64,000 nucleotides of DNA from an uncultured Pelagibacteraceae bacterium (GTDB lineage Bacteria > Pseudomonadota > Alphaproteobacteria > Pelagibacterales > AG-422-B15): the NCBI GenBank assembly GCA_902604225.1, contig CACKXV010000003.1:4216-68215 (forward strand). The letters run 5' to 3'. The translations under genes and the position numbers were made by a program. The notes below the pieces were generated by a model that searched no databases, had not been told where the DNA came from, and saw only the letters and a program-made list of their open reading frames with translations. Of the stretch, positions 21,516-33,237 are shown piece after piece (position 1 is the first letter of the stretch; each line of letters starts with the position of its first letter).

Positions 21516-22880
21516 ATGTCACTGAATTTATACGACACATTCTCAAACTCAAAAAAAAAGTTTGAACCAATTGATCCAAAAAATATCAGAATGTATGTTT
21601 GTGGTCCTACAGTATACGACTATCCACACGTAGGAAACGCAAGACCTGTTATAGTTTTTGATATTTTATTTCGAATCCTTCAAAACTTATATGGTACTGA
21701 GCATGTAACATACGTGAGAAATATAACTGACGTTGATGATAAGATTATAAATGCCTCTCAAGAAAATAATGAAGATATCAATGAATTAACTTCAAGAACC
21801 ATTAATTATTTTCACTCTGATGCGAAATATATAGGAGCAATGGAACCCTCTTTTGAGCCCAGAGCAACAGATCACATAGCTGAAATGATCAATATCATTG
21901 AGACTTTAATTGAAAAAAATTATGCTTATGTTGCTGAGCATAACGTTCTGTTTTCATCTAATAAATTTTCTAAATACGGATCATTATCAGGTAAAAAACT
22001 TGAAGAAATGATTGCTGGATCAAGAGTTGATGTTGAAAGCTATAAGCAAGAAGCATCTGATTTTATACTCTGGAAGCCTTCAAAAGATAACGAGCCTGGA
22101 TGGGACAGTCCATGGGGCAAGGGAAGGCCTGGATGGCACATAGAGTGTTCAGCAATGAGTGAAAAATTATTAGGTAAAACATTTGATATTCATGGTGGTG
22201 GGCAAGATTTAATTTTCCCACATCACGAAAATGAAATCGCTCAAAGTGAGTGTGCAAATGGAGAAAAATTTGCAAATTATTGGGTTCATAATGGCTTTGT
22301 CACAGTCGAAGGAAATAAAATGGCAAAATCTGAAGGAAATTTTGTAACGGTGAATGAACTTAAAGAAAAATACCAAGGAGAGGTTATTAGATTAACCATG
22401 ATACTTACTCATTATCGTCAGCCATTGAATTGGACAAATGATAATCTGCAAGAAAGTAAAAAAACATTAGACAGGTGGTACCAATATTTTTCTGAAGTTG
22501 ATTTTAAGCCTGACTTAAGTGTAATGATTGATGAAAATGTAATGAACGCACTAAATGATGACATGAATACGCCTCAGGCAATAGCTGAATTGCATAAATT
22601 ATTCAAAAATTGTAAAAGTGATGATCACGATTCATTAAATCAATTTTTAATTTCGGCTCAATTTATTGGATTGATGAATGAAGTACCTTCTCAATGGTTA
22701 TCATGGGGTAAAGACAATATAAGCATAGATCAAAATAAAATTGAGTCATTAATTTCTCAAAGAAATGCTGCAAGAGCAAATAAAGATTTTGCTGAAGCTG
22801 ACAGAATTAGAGACGAGTTGGAAAATTTAGGAATAGTACTAGAAGATAAAGGTGCGGAAACCACATGGAAAACTAAGTAA
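21516..22880 (+). CDS. cysS: cysteine-tRNA ligase
   Basis: CGPTVYD..HVGN, GRPGWHIECSAM, FPHHENE, KMAKS. Confidence 0.97.
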   Translation: MSLNLYDTFSNSKKKFEPIDPKNIRMYVCGPTVYDYPHVGNARPVIVFDILFRILQNLYGTEHVTYVRNITDVDDKIINASQENNEDINELTSRTINYFHSDAKYIGAMEPSFEPRATDHIAEMINIIETLIEKNYAYVAEHNVLFSSNKFSKYGSLSGKKLEEMIAGSRVDVESYKQEASDFILWKPSKDNEPGWDSPWGKGRPGWHIECSAMSEKLLGKTFDIHGGGQDLIFPHHENEIAQSECANGEKFANYWVHNGFVTVEGNKMAKSEGNFVTVNELKEKYQGEVIRLTMILTHYRQPLNWTNDNLQESKKTLDRWYQYFSEVDFKPDLSVMIDENVMNALNDDMNTPQAIAELHKLFKNCKSDDHDSLNQFLISAQFIGLMNEVPSQWLSWGKDNISIDQNKIESLISQRNAARANKDFAEADRIRDELENLGIVLEDKGAETTWKTK

Positions 22881-24479
22881 ATGAAAGAAAAGTTATTTAT
22901 ATTTGATACAACGCTGAGAGACGGAGCACAAACTTACGGTGTTGATTTTAACGTAGATGAGAAAAAAATTCTCGCATCAAAGCTTGATGCCTTAGGCGTT
23001 GATTACATTGAGGGTGGGTGGCCTGGTGCAAATGAAACTGATACACAATTTTTCGCTGAAAAAATGGAATTTAAAAATTCTACTTTTACGGCTTTTGGCA
23101 TGACCAAAAAGACAGGAAGGAGTGCTGAAAATGATCCTGGTTTGGCTGCCATGATTAACGTAAGCGCCCCGTCAGCTTGCGTAGTGGGCAAGTCTTGGGA
23201 TTTCCATGTAGATTTAGCCCTAGGAATTTCCAATGATGAAAACTTAGTAAATATTGCGGAGTCTGTTAACTTTTTATCAAGCAGCAAGAAGGAAGTTCAT
23301 TTTGATGCTGAACATTTTTTTGATGGCTACAAAGCTAATCCTCAATATGCGATAAAGTGTTTAAAAGCTGCACAAGACAATGGAGCAAGGTGGATGGTTC
23401 TTTGTGATACCAACGGAGGTACATTACCCCATGAGGTAGAACAGATTGTTTCAGAAGTTGTGAAGGATATTCCAGGCGACCAACTTGGTATTCACGCACA
23501 TAATGATACCGGAAATGCTGTAGCAAATTCATTAGCCGCAGTCCATGCTGGAGTCAGACAAGTGCAAGGCACGATTAATGGACTTGGTGAACGATGCGGA
23601 AATGCTAATTTAATCACTCTTCTTCCTACTTTTGCTCTAAAGGATGAATATGTCGATAAATTTGATTTATCCATTGATACTAAAAATCTTGGTCAGTTAA
23701 CGGAACTTTCAAGATTGTTAGATGAAATATTAAATCGTGTACCCAACAGAACAGCACCTTATGTAGGCTCAGCAGCATTTGCGCACAAAGGAGGATTGCA
23801 CGTTTCAGCAGTGAACAAAGATCCTAAAACTTATGAACATATCGATCCTGAGTTAGTGGGCAATCACCGCCAAATCATCATTTCAGAACAATCAGGAAAA
23901 TCAAATATTCTTGCACGATTAAAATCCACCGGGATACAGATCAATGAGGATGATCAAACCATACAAAAAATTCTCGATCGAGTGAAAGAACGTGAATTTA
24001 TTGGATACTCATACGATGGTGCCGATGCTTCATTTGAAATTTTAGTGAAAAAGGTCATTGCTGAAATGCCAACTTATTTTGAAGTCGTTAATTTTAATGT
24101 CAACGTAAAAAATTCAGGCGGTGAAGGTAAAACAATATCAGATGCCGAAGTTAAATTAAAATTTGGAAAAGAAGAACTTATAGGTACGGGACAAGGTGTA
24201 GGACCAGTTAATGCATTAGACAATGCTTTAAGAAATAATTTTCAATCAAGTGGTTATGCTGAATTGATCAAGGATTTATCACTTATCGACTATAAAGTGA
24301 GAATTTTAAACACAGGAACTGATGCGATCACCAGAGTATCAATTGAAAGTTCTGATAAAGATAAAAAGAGTTGGTACACAATTGGTGTTTCAGAAAACAT
24401 CATAGAAGCCTCCTTTAGAGCACTGATTGATAGTGTTGAGTACAAATTGATGAAAGAAAAGGCTGCGGTTCTTAGTTAG
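22881..24479 (+). CDS. cimA: citramalate synthase
   Basis: DTTLRDGAQ, EGGWPGAN, LCDTNGG, AFAHKGGLHVSAV, DYKVRIL. Confidence 0.92.
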   Translation: MKEKLFIFDTTLRDGAQTYGVDFNVDEKKILASKLDALGVDYIEGGWPGANETDTQFFAEKMEFKNSTFTAFGMTKKTGRSAENDPGLAAMINVSAPSACVVGKSWDFHVDLALGISNDENLVNIAESVNFLSSSKKEVHFDAEHFFDGYKANPQYAIKCLKAAQDNGARWMVLCDTNGGTLPHEVEQIVSEVVKDIPGDQLGIHAHNDTGNAVANSLAAVHAGVRQVQGTINGLGERCGNANLITLLPTFALKDEYVDKFDLSIDTKNLGQLTELSRLLDEILNRVPNRTAPYVGSAAFAHKGGLHVSAVNKDPKTYEHIDPELVGNHRQIIISEQSGKSNILARLKSTGIQINEDDQTIQKILDRVKEREFIGYSYDGADASFEILVKKVIAEMPTYFEVVNFNVNVKNSGGEGKTISDAEVKLKFGKEELIGTGQGVGPVNALDNALRNNFQSSGYAELIKDLSLIDYKVRILNTGTDAITRVSIESSDKDKKSWYTIGVSENIIEASFRALIDSVEYKLMKEKAAVLS

Positions 24480-24482
24480 TAA

Positions 24483-25220
24483 ATGTCTTCAAATAACATT
24501 TCAATTATCTTGGTTGATACTCAACTTCCTGAAAATATAGGTCTGGTTGCACGTTCCATGTATAATTTTGGTTTTTCTGACCTGAGGTTAGTCAATCCTA
24601 AATTAGATTGGCCATCCGAAAAGGCTCATGCAGTATCAGTCGATGCCAAGTCAATTATAGAGAATGCAAAAGTTTACTCTACCTTGAGAGAGGCACTCAG
24701 TGATTCCACACTCTCCATTGCGTATACAGCTCGAAAACGCGATATGAGTAAACAATTCACTGACAATAAATCTATCATTAAGGAAATACACGATGAACAC
24801 AATAATGATAAGTTAGCTGTTGTGTTTGGTGGGGAAGCATCTGGCTTAACCAATGACCATCTTTCTTTAGTGACACGATGTGTGACGATTGATACGCACG
24901 AGAACTTTTCATCTTTAAATCTTTCACATGCTGTTAATGTATTTTGTTATTCGATATTTTCATTAATGCGTGATGATGAAAAAGTAGTTGATGAGAATTC
25001 ACTAACGCGCGGTAATCAAAATGAACTGATGCATTTTTTTGATCATATTGAAAAAGAGTTGGAAAACAGAGGTTTCTTTCAACCCGAAGAAAAAATGCCA
25101 AAAATGAAGCAAAATCTCAGGAATATCTTTCACCGGGCTGATCTCAGCGATAGGGAAATTGCAACACTGAGAGGAGTAGTCACGGTTCTGTCAGATTATA
25201 GGAAAACTGAGGAAATTTAG
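24483..25220 (+). CDS. trmJ: TrmJ/LasT family SPOUT RNA methyltransferase
   Basis: [30 protein letters not shown]. Confidence 0.88.
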   Translation: MSSNNISIILVDTQLPENIGLVARSMYNFGFSDLRLVNPKLDWPSEKAHAVSVDAKSIIENAKVYSTLREALSDSTLSIAYTARKRDMSKQFTDNKSIIKEIHDEHNNDKLAVVFGGEASGLTNDHLSLVTRCVTIDTHENFSSLNLSHAVNVFCYSIFSLMRDDEKVVDENSLTRGNQNELMHFFDHIEKELENRGFFQPEEKMPKMKQNLRNIFHRADLSDREIATLRGVVTVLSDYRKTEEI

Positions 25221-25229
25221 TATTCTGGT

Positions 25230-25257
25230 TTGACAATATTCAGGAAAACAGTATAAA
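25230..25257 (+). promoter_or_regulatory. sigma70-like promoter of rpsD
   Basis: TTGACA (25230-25235), 16 nt, TATAAA (25252-25257). Confidence 0.65.
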
Positions 25258-25273
25258 CCACGGATCACAATAT

Positions 25274-25891
25274 ATGACAAAACGAATAGCACAAAAACAC
25301 AAAATCGACAGACGTCTCAGTGTTAACCTATGGGGAAGACCCAAAAGTCCATTTAATTTAAGAAAATACAGACCTGGCCAACATGGACAGAAGCATACTG
25401 GAAAATTATCTGACTATGGTGTTCAGTTGCATGCTAAGCAAAAATTAAAAGGCTATTATGGTAACCTAAACGAGAGACAATTCCGTAATTGTTATAAAGA
25501 GGCCATCAGACAAAAGGGTGATTCAGGAGAAAATTTAATTGCTCTTCTAGAAAGAAGATTAGATACGATTGTTTATCGTTCAAAGTTTGTCCCAACTGTT
25601 TTTGCAGCACGACAATTCATCAATCATGGTCATGTCAAAGTAAATGGTAAAAGAGTAAATATTTCAAGTTACCGTGTTACTGAAGGCGATGTCATTGAAG
25701 TTAAAGATAAGTCCAAAGAAATGGCGATTGTTGTTGAAGCTATGAAAAGTCAAGAGCGTGATATCCCAGGCTACATTACAGTTGATGAAAAGAAATGTTC
25801 TTCAACATTTATTCGCACACCTCAGTTTGCTGAAGTTCCATATGCAACGCAGATGGATCCAAAACTAGTCATCGAGTATTATTCTCGATAA
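25274..25891 (+). CDS. rpsD: 30S ribosomal protein S4
   Basis: [26 protein letters not shown]. Confidence 0.98.
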   Translation: MTKRIAQKHKIDRRLSVNLWGRPKSPFNLRKYRPGQHGQKHTGKLSDYGVQLHAKQKLKGYYGNLNERQFRNCYKEAIRQKGDSGENLIALLERRLDTIVYRSKFVPTVFAARQFINHGHVKVNGKRVNISSYRVTEGDVIEVKDKSKEMAIVVEAMKSQERDIPGYITVDEKKCSSTFIRTPQFAEVPYATQMDPKLVIEYYSR

Positions 25892-25898
25892 ATCCCAA

Positions 25899-27005
25899 AT
25901 GAGTGCATCGCACTTTTTTTCAAAAGATTACTTTCAAGCACGAGATAGATTCATTAAGTCCATTAATGAACTGAAAGATCAAGGCCATCAACTTAGTCAT
26001 GATACACTTACTTTAGATTGCAAAGGACCTAATCAAGAAAATCTTTGCATTGATATTGCAACCATCGGATCAATCGATAGCAAAAATCTATTGCTATACA
26101 GTTCAGGTATTCATGGCGTTGAAGGGTTTGCAGGCTCAGCTATTCAATTATCAGTTTTAGATCAACTCAAAAATGCGATCCCCATTGCTGACTATTGCAT
26201 CGTTTTTATTCATATCATTAATCCATATGGTATGGCATGGCACAGAAGGGTGAATGAAAATAATGTTGATATGAACAGAAACTTTATAAAGGATCATCAA
26301 GGCGAACCTGAAGGATATGAGAAAATAGATACTTTCTTAAACCCCAAGAGTATTCCCACAAAATTAGATATTATGTTTTTGCCTCGGGGTATTAGTTTAT
26401 TGTTGAAGTATGGGTTCACCAATGTGAAGCAATGGTTTGCACAGGGGCAATATACGAGACCACAAAGTTTACAATATGGTGGTGATACACTTCAACAGGG
26501 ACCTAAGATGATTTTAGATTGGCTGAAAAAAAATCTTAATAATACAAAAAAGGTTTTTGGTATAGATTTACATACTGGATTAGGCAAATCAGGATATGAC
26601 ACTATACTTGTGCCTGATGATATCAAAGAAGATAAGTATAATATACTAGTCTCACTTTTTGGTGATCATGTATCTCCACTTGATCCAACTCAAGGAGTAG
26701 GTTACCGAATAACAGGAGATATTCACTCTGGTATAGTAAAAGAATTCCCATCAATTGATTGGTTAACAATCACCCAAGAGTTTGGAACATTTGGTCCTAC
26801 AACTGTTTTCAAAAATTTAAGGGCTGAAAATAGATGGACACAAAACAATCAATTGAATAATGAAAAAGATATAATGAATCATTGGAGTAGAAAAAATCTA
26901 TTGAACACATTCAATCCAAACAACAAGCGTTGGCAGCAAGATCTAATCAGCAGGGGCAATACTGTCTTTAAGTCTGTTCAGGAATATTTATCAAAGCTCG
27001 ATTAG
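25899..27005 (+). CDS. DUF2817 / M14-like zinc metallopeptidase
   Basis: SGIHGVEGFAGS (HxxE), NPYG, RVNENNVDMNRNF, DLHTGLG, EFGT. Confidence 0.85.
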   Translation: MSASHFFSKDYFQARDRFIKSINELKDQGHQLSHDTLTLDCKGPNQENLCIDIATIGSIDSKNLLLYSSGIHGVEGFAGSAIQLSVLDQLKNAIPIADYCIVFIHIINPYGMAWHRRVNENNVDMNRNFIKDHQGEPEGYEKIDTFLNPKSIPTKLDIMFLPRGISLLLKYGFTNVKQWFAQGQYTRPQSLQYGGDTLQQGPKMILDWLKKNLNNTKKVFGIDLHTGLGKSGYDTILVPDDIKEDKYNILVSLFGDHVSPLDPTQGVGYRITGDIHSGIVKEFPSIDWLTITQEFGTFGPTTVFKNLRAENRWTQNNQLNNEKDIMNHWSRKNLLNTFNPNNKRWQQDLISRGNTVFKSVQEYLSKLD

Positions 27006-27331
27006 TCGTGGGCGATATTTTTTTCTTTTAATACCTCAGATAATTCACCAGTTTTATGCATATCTAATATAATGTCACAACCACCAATAAATTCTCCCTT
27101 TACATAAAGCTGAGGTATTGTTGGCCAATTTGTAAAATCTTTTATTCCTTGTCTTAATTCGTCACTTTCTAAAACATTAACGTCTTTATATTCGATATTC
27201 ATAAATGATAGGGCATTTACAACAGCATTAGAAAAACCACATTCAGGTTGCACTTTGGTGCCTTTCATAAAAAGGACAACATCATTTTGATCAACTATGT
27301 CTTTGATATTATTTTGTACTGTTTCGTTCAT
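27002..27331 (-). CDS. grxD: monothiol glutaredoxin Grx4
   Basis: LFMKG, CGFS, WPTIPQLY, GGCDI. Confidence 0.96.
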   Translation of the reverse strand: MNETVQNNIKDIVDQNDVVLFMKGTKVQPECGFSNAVVNALSFMNIEYKDVNVLESDELRQGIKDFTNWPTIPQLYVKGEFIGGCDIILDMHKTGELSEVLKEKNIAHD

Positions 27332-27409
27332 AACACTACAATTAACTGCTTTTAATATTTATTCAATAATAAATTTTTTATAAAAAATCCTATTAGTTTT
27401 GATTATTTA

Positions 27410-29614
27410 CTAATGAGATATCTGTTCAATACCCATTTCAAAACTGAGTTTCAATGCAGAAACTTGTTGATCACCTATATTTTTAATACTGATTTTGTCT
27501 CCACCAACTATGCCTATTTTTTCAAAATGAACATCATTATTATTAGCTAATTTTTGGCATTCATCATAGTTATTGGGACTTACTTCTAATAGATAACGAG
27601 ACTGATCTTCTGCAAAGAAATAGCCATGAGGAAAGACTGACTCATTTTCTATTAATATTCCTAGATTTCCTGACATACACATCTCTGATATAGCCACTAA
27701 AATACCTCCTTCACCAACGTCATGTGCTGAAGCAATTAATTTATGATTTATTGCATCCATTACAAAATTTCCATTTCTTAATTCAGTGTCTAAGTTAATT
27801 TCAGGTGTTCCGCCTTCTTCTTTAGATTGAATAATAGATATATACTTTGAATTGCCTAAGTGATTAGCTGTTTTTCCTACCACGCATAGAAAATTACCAT
27901 CTTCTTTTAATGAAAGAGTTTTTACATTTGATAAATCTTTGATTAACCCAACACCTCCTATAGCCGGTGTTGGATATATGCCTTCACCATTAGTTTCGTT
28001 GTAGAGTGAGACGTTTCCTGAAACGACAGGATAGTTTAATTTTGAACAAGCATCGCCCATGCCTCGAATACACTCCACAAATTGTCCCATGATTGCTGGT
28101 TTCTCGGGATTACCAAAGTTCATACAATCTGTAATAGCGATTGGTAGGGCGCCTGAAGCTATGATGTTTCTCCATGTTTCAACAACTGCATGTTTACCAC
28201 CTTCATAAGGGTTGTGTTTGCAATACACTGGAGAACAGTCTGTGCTTATGGCCAGACCTTTATTAGTTCCGTGAACACGCACTACTGCTGCATCGGATCC
28301 AGGTCTTACCACAGTATCTGCCATGACCATATGATCATATTGTTCCCATATCCATTTCCGGCTACTCAGATCAGGATGCATAATCATGGCATTTAAGTCC
28401 TTTAAAATATTATTCTGATCGAAGTCTTCTGATTTGTATTCTTTAATTGGAGATGGTTCTTCAACAATGTATTCTCTTTGATATTCAGGAGCATCTTCAA
28501 CTAATATGTTAATAGGTATGCTGGCTTCTTCTTTGCCGTTCATCATGAGAATAAGTCTTTTTGTATCTGTTACTTCGCCAATCACTTCAAATTCAAGATC
28601 CCACTTCTTAAATATATCTCTGGCCATTTCTTCTTTTGAGGGATCGAGGACCATAAGCATGCGTTCTTGGCTTTCTGACAACATTAATTCGTATGCTGAC
28701 ATATTTTGTGCACGCATTGGCACTTTTGAAAGATCAATTTTTAAACCCACATCACCTTTAGACGCCATTTCAATTGAAGAAGAAGTTAATCCAGCTGCCC
28801 CCATATCTTGAATTGCAATTATCGCTTCTTCTTTCATCAATTCTAGACAAGCTTCTAACAATAATTTCTCAGTGAATGGATCCCCAACTTGAACTGTTGG
28901 CTTTTTATCTTCTGAATCTTCGTCGAATTCAGCAGATGCCATGGTTGCACCGTGAATGCCATCACGTCCAGTCTTTGATCCTACATATACAACGGGATTT
29001 CCAATTCCTGCCGCTGCAGAGTAAAAGATTTTATCTTTCTTTGCGATCCCAACTGTCATGGCATTTACTAAAATATTGCCGTTGTATGAAGGATGAAAAT
29101 TGACTTCACCACCGACAGTTGGCACACCAATACAATTGCCATATCCACCAATACCACTGACAACGCCCGATAATAAATGTTTTGTTTTTGGATGGTTGGG
29201 TTCTCCAAATCTCAAGGCATTTAAATTAGCTACGGGGCGAGCACCCATTGTGAAGACATCTCGAAGTATGCCGCCAACTCCAGTAGCCGCACCTTGATAT
29301 GGCTCAAGGAAAGAAGGGTGATTATGGCTTTCCATTTTAAACACAGCAACATCTCCGTCATCAATATCAATCACTCCAGCATTTTCTCCTGGCCCTTGTA
29401 CAACGCGTTTACCAGATGTTGGTAGTTTTTTGAGCCAAAATTTTGATGATTTATAAGAACAATGTTCATTCCACATAGCACTAAAGATACCCAGTTCAGT
29501 AAGATTAGGTTCTCTTCCTAAGCCTTCTACTATTTTCTCAAATTCATCAAGTTTGAGACCATGATTTTCAACAAGAGACTGTTCTGTTTGAAATTGCCAA
29601 TTGTGGTTTGTCAT
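27410..29614 (-). CDS. purL: FGAM synthase subunit PurL
   Basis: [31 protein letters not shown]. Confidence 0.97.
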   Translation of the reverse strand: MTNHNWQFQTEQSLVENHGLKLDEFEKIVEGLGREPNLTELGIFSAMWNEHCSYKSSKFWLKKLPTSGKRVVQGPGENAGVIDIDDGDVAVFKMESHNHPSFLEPYQGAATGVGGILRDVFTMGARPVANLNALRFGEPNHPKTKHLLSGVVSGIGGYGNCIGVPTVGGEVNFHPSYNGNILVNAMTVGIAKKDKIFYSAAAGIGNPVVYVGSKTGRDGIHGATMASAEFDEDSEDKKPTVQVGDPFTEKLLLEACLELMKEEAIIAIQDMGAAGLTSSSIEMASKGDVGLKIDLSKVPMRAQNMSAYELMLSESQERMLMVLDPSKEEMARDIFKKWDLEFEVIGEVTDTKRLILMMNGKEEASIPINILVEDAPEYQREYIVEEPSPIKEYKSEDFDQNNILKDLNAMIMHPDLSSRKWIWEQYDHMVMADTVVRPGSDAAVVRVHGTNKGLAISTDCSPVYCKHNPYEGGKHAVVETWRNIIASGALPIAITDCMNFGNPEKPAIMGQFVECIRGMGDACSKLNYPVVSGNVSLYNETNGEGIYPTPAIGGVGLIKDLSNVKTLSLKEDGNFLCVVGKTANHLGNSKYISIIQSKEEGGTPEINLDTELRNGNFVMDAINHKLIASAHDVGEGGILVAISEMCMSGNLGILIENESVFPHGYFFAEDQSRYLLEVSPNNYDECQKLANNNDVHFEKIGIVGGDKISIKNIGDQQVSALKLSFEMGIEQISH

Positions 29615-30285
29615 TAATTTAAGATACTTTCAAAAATAGTCTTACCGTCTTCACATCCGTGCGCCAACTCAGAGGCTCTTTCTGGGTGAGGCATCATGCC
29701 TAATACATTTTTATTTTCATTAAGAATGCCCGCAATATTCTCAAGTGATCCATTAGGATTTGAATGTTCACTTACATTTCCATTTTCATCACAATACTGG
29801 AAGGCTATTTGGTCGTTGTCTTGAATTTTTTTTAATTGTTCAGAGTTTACAAAAAAATTACCTTCATTATGTGCTATTGGCATTTTTGCAACTTGAGTTT
29901 TTTTTGTGAATACTGAACTTTGATTTTTGGGCTTAATTAATATGTCTCTGCATATAAAGCTCAAACTACTATTTCTCATCAACGCACCATCTAACAATCC
30001 ACTTTCGATCAGAATTTGGAACCCGTTACAAATTCCCAGTACAGGAACACCTTCTCTTGCCTTTTTTACAACATCTTGCATGATAGGGGATGTTGATGCC
30101 ATGGCGCCACATCTTAAATAATCGCCGTAAGAGAACCCTCCTGGCACAACGATCAAATCCGATTGATTAATTGACGTTTCTTTGTGCCATATCATTTGCG
30201 GTTGATGACTAGAAATATTTTTGATAGCTACCGCTACATCACGATCACAATTTGATCCTGGAAAAACGATAACGTGTGACTTCAT
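29614..30285 (-). CDS. purQ: FGAM synthase subunit PurQ
   Basis: [30 protein letters not shown]. Confidence 0.97.
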   Translation of the reverse strand: MKSHVIVFPGSNCDRDVAVAIKNISSHQPQMIWHKETSINQSDLIVVPGGFSYGDYLRCGAMASTSPIMQDVVKKAREGVPVLGICNGFQILIESGLLDGALMRNSSLSFICRDILIKPKNQSSVFTKKTQVAKMPIAHNEGNFFVNSEQLKKIQDNDQIAFQYCDENGNVSEHSNPNGSLENIAGILNENKNVLGMMPHPERASELAHGCEDGKTIFESILN

Positions 30286-30289
30286 TAAT

Positions 30290-30529
30290 TTAATCTATCT
30301 CTACTTTATAGTCTTCAATAACCAAGTTTGCCAAAAGCTTCTCGCACATTTCATTAAGTTGCTTATTGGCCGTCTCTTTATTATCAGTATTTAGTTTAAC
30401 TTCAATAAATTTACCTTGCCTGACATCCTCTATGTTGTTGAAACCTAATGACTTTAGGGAATTGGCAATAACTGAGCCCTGGGGATCGAGAACGTCTTTT
30501 TTAAGTGTGATATAGATTTTGGCTAGCAT
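30290..30529 (-). CDS. purS: FGAM synthase subunit PurS
   Basis: VLDPQG, VRQGK, LLANLVIEDY. Confidence 0.96.
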   Translation of the reverse strand: MLAKIYITLKKDVLDPQGSVIANSLKSLGFNNIEDVRQGKFIEVKLNTDNKETANKQLNEMCEKLLANLVIEDYKVEID

Positions 30530-30536
30530 TTAACCT

Positions 30537-31256
30537 TTAATGCACGATTCCTAATCGTGAGGCAACCTCTTCATAGGCACCCATGAGGCTACCCAGGTTT
30601 CTTCTGAAAACGTCTTTGTCTAGTTTCTGTTTTGATTTTATATCCCATAATCTGCATGAGTCAGGACTAATCTCATCAGCGAGTACAATTTTTTTTGGAT
30701 TTGAGGCTAGCCTCCCAAATTCAATTTTAAAATCTACTAGAATGATATTTTTCTTTTTAAATAAATTAGTAAGTAAAGAATTAATTTTAAGAGACATGGC
30801 ATCTATTTTTTTTAACTCTGATCTATTAGCCCAGCCAAATGTTTCTACATGATCTCTAGAAATCATTGGATCATCTAAACTGTCTTCTTTGTAATAATAC
30901 TCTAATAACGGTTTTTTTAACTTGGTTCCTTCTTTAAGTCCTAATTTTTTAGCAATAGAACCAGCAATAACATTTCGAACCACAAACTCTATAGGAATGA
31001 TCTGACATTTTTTTATCAATTGTTCTCGATCATTTAATCTTTTTTCAAAATGAGTTGGAATCTTTTTACTTTTTAGAAATTCCATAATGTACTCAGAAAT
31101 TTTGTTATTGATGACTCCTTTGCCTTTAAATATCTTATGTTTTTTTTTATTATAGGCAGTTGCATCGTCTTTAAAAATCTGAATAAGTGTGTTTTTTTTC
31201 GGGCCTATAATTATTTTTTTGGCCTTACCTTCATATAAAGTCTTTGATGATGTCAT
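30537..31256 (-). CDS. purC: SAICAR synthase
   Basis: LYEGKAK, DFKIEFG, LADEISPDSCRLWD. Confidence 0.97.
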   Translation of the reverse strand: MTSSKTLYEGKAKKIIIGPKKNTLIQIFKDDATAYNKKKHKIFKGKGVINNKISEYIMEFLKSKKIPTHFEKRLNDREQLIKKCQIIPIEFVVRNVIAGSIAKKLGLKEGTKLKKPLLEYYYKEDSLDDPMISRDHVETFGWANRSELKKIDAMSLKINSLLTNLFKKKNIILVDFKIEFGRLASNPKKIVLADEISPDSCRLWDIKSKQKLDKDVFRRNLGSLMGAYEEVASRLGIVH

Positions 31257-31329
31257 TGCAGGCAGTGTAAAAATTTGTTATGATAGAAATGTAATTCAAA
31301 TCAATTCTAATTAAAAGTATAAAGAAACA

Positions 31330-31659
31330 ATGAAAAAACTAGATGAACGAAAAAAAGGTTTTGAGGGTAAATTTGCTCGAGATCAAGAGTTAGAATTTAA
31401 GATTTTGGCTCGACGAAATAAGTATCTTGGTGTCTGGGCTGCAGAAAAACTTCGTTTATCGGGACCAGCAGTTGAAGAATATTTTGCAGAAGTAATCAAA
31501 TCTGATCTTGAAGAGGATGGAGATATGGATGTTTTCAGAAAAGTTAGAAAAGATTTTGATGAAAAAGGAATAGGCATAACTGATGATGAACTTAGACAGA
31601 GTATGGACCAATTTTTACTTCAGGCAAAAGAAGAGATCATTGGTAAAGATAATATCTAA
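31330..31659 (+). CDS. DUF1476 / F1Fo-ATPase inhibitor zeta subunit homolog
   Basis: DER...FEGKFARDQELEFK..ARRNK.LG.WAA...SDLEE.GD.DVFRK matches the alphaproteobacterial zeta pattern. Confidence 0.85.
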   Translation: MKKLDERKKGFEGKFARDQELEFKILARRNKYLGVWAAEKLRLSGPAVEEYFAEVIKSDLEEDGDMDVFRKVRKDFDEKGIGITDDELRQSMDQFLLQAKEEIIGKDNI

Positions 31660-31673
31660 TTATTACACTCCAC

Positions 31674-31919
31674 ATGTACATTAAATATGCAACCGCAAAA
31701 AAGTCTTCAAAAAAGAAAGTGGTTAAAAAGAGAACAGCTTCAAAAATTACAAAGAAAAAAAAGCCTGTAACGAAAAAAAAGAAGCGTACCTCCAAACCCA
31801 AGCCTAAAAAGAATAATAGTAATGTAATTCAGGATGCTAGTTTAAATCAGCATTATTATGTTGGGGGTTATATTCTTATTTTTGGATTGTTTTCACTAGC
31901 TATTTATTATTCGCAATAA
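31674..31919 (+). CDS. Lys-rich small protein with C-terminal hydrophobic helix
   Basis: KKSSKKKVVKKRTASKITKKKKPVTKKKKR followed by YYVGGYILIFGLFSLAIYY; fills the gap between DUF1476 and purB; start codon uncertain. Confidence 0.6.
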   Translation: MYIKYATAKKSSKKKVVKKRTASKITKKKKPVTKKKKRTSKPKPKKNNSNVIQDASLNQHYYVGGYILIFGLFSLAIYYSQ

Positions 31920-31920
31920 A

Positions 31921-33213
31921 TTATTTAAATACTTTTTTAAAAATATAATCCGTTCTTCTTGTTGCGTGCTTAAGGTCTAATATTTTAGATATTTCCTTTT
32001 TATTTAAATATTTTTTTAATTCATTATCCATATCCAGTACGGTTTCAAAGTCTAGATCAGATTTCCATACTTTCATGGCATTTCGCTGAACAATTTTATA
32101 GGCTTTTTCTCGAGATAACCCTTTTTGAGTCATGGCAAGCATTAAGCCTTCTGACATAGGTAGTTTTCTAAGTTTATCTAAATTAGCTTTCATATTTTTA
32201 GGATAAACAACAAGGTTTGCGATTACATTATTCAAACGTGCTAGTGCAAAGTCAATGATGATGTTGGCATCAGGAGCCATTATTCTTTCTACACTCGAGT
32301 GCGAAATATCTCTTTCATGCCATAAAGAAACATTTTCTAGAGCAGGTATTGTATAACCACGAATTAATCTTGAAAGGCCAGTTAAGTTTTCAGTCAGTAC
32401 AGGATTTCTTTTATGTGGCATGGCCGAAGAACCTTTTTGGCCTTTTGAAAAAAATTCTTCAACCTCAAGAACCTCTGTTCTCTGTAAATGTCTTATTTCC
32501 GTAGCAAGACGTTCAATTGAGCTGGCAATAATTCCAAGTGTACTAAAATAAACAGCGTGTCGGTCACGTGGAATAACTTGAGTAGATATAGTTTCAGCTT
32601 TCATACCTAATTTTTTTGCAACAAACTGTTCTACACGAGGATCTATGTTGGCATAATTGCCTACAGCACCTGAAATTGCACACACCGATATTTCGTCTGT
32701 CGCCTTTTTAAAACGTGCTTGGTTTCGCTCAAATTCTGCATAGAAGTTTGCCATTTTTACACCAAAGGTTGTTGGTTCTGCATGAATACCATGGCTTCTC
32801 CCGATACAAGGCGTATTTTTATATTTAAGAGCTATTTTTTTGAGTGATTTAAGAAGTTGAGCCATTTCTTTTTCAATAATTTTAGATGATTGCATGAGCT
32901 GTATATTGAATGCTGTATCTAAAATATCTGATGAGGTTAAGCCTTGATGAAGAAAACGCGCAGGCGGTCCAGCGTATTCTGATATAGATGTAAGAAATGC
33001 TATCACATCGTGTTTTACTTTCTTCTCTATAGCATCAATTCTCTTCTCATTTATTTTAGCTTTTGACTTGACTTTTTTACTTGTACCCTTTGGAACAGTT
33101 CCCAATTTTTCCATACCTTCACAAGCATACAGTTCAATATCGAGCCAAATTTTAAATCTTGATTTAGAACTCCAGATATCAGTCATGGGAGCTCTTGAAT
33201 ATCGAGGGATCAT
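31921..33213 (-). CDS. purB: adenylosuccinate lyase
   Basis: MIPRYS, GRSHGIHAEP, GSSAMPHKRNP. Confidence 0.97.
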   Translation of the reverse strand: MIPRYSRAPMTDIWSSKSRFKIWLDIELYACEGMEKLGTVPKGTSKKVKSKAKINEKRIDAIEKKVKHDVIAFLTSISEYAGPPARFLHQGLTSSDILDTAFNIQLMQSSKIIEKEMAQLLKSLKKIALKYKNTPCIGRSHGIHAEPTTFGVKMANFYAEFERNQARFKKATDEISVCAISGAVGNYANIDPRVEQFVAKKLGMKAETISTQVIPRDRHAVYFSTLGIIASSIERLATEIRHLQRTEVLEVEEFFSKGQKGSSAMPHKRNPVLTENLTGLSRLIRGYTIPALENVSLWHERDISHSSVERIMAPDANIIIDFALARLNNVIANLVVYPKNMKANLDKLRKLPMSEGLMLAMTQKGLSREKAYKIVQRNAMKVWKSDLDFETVLDMDNELKKYLNKKEISKILDLKHATRRTDYIFKKVFK

Positions 33214-33237
33214 ATAAATACTTTTTTAGTCTTTAAT

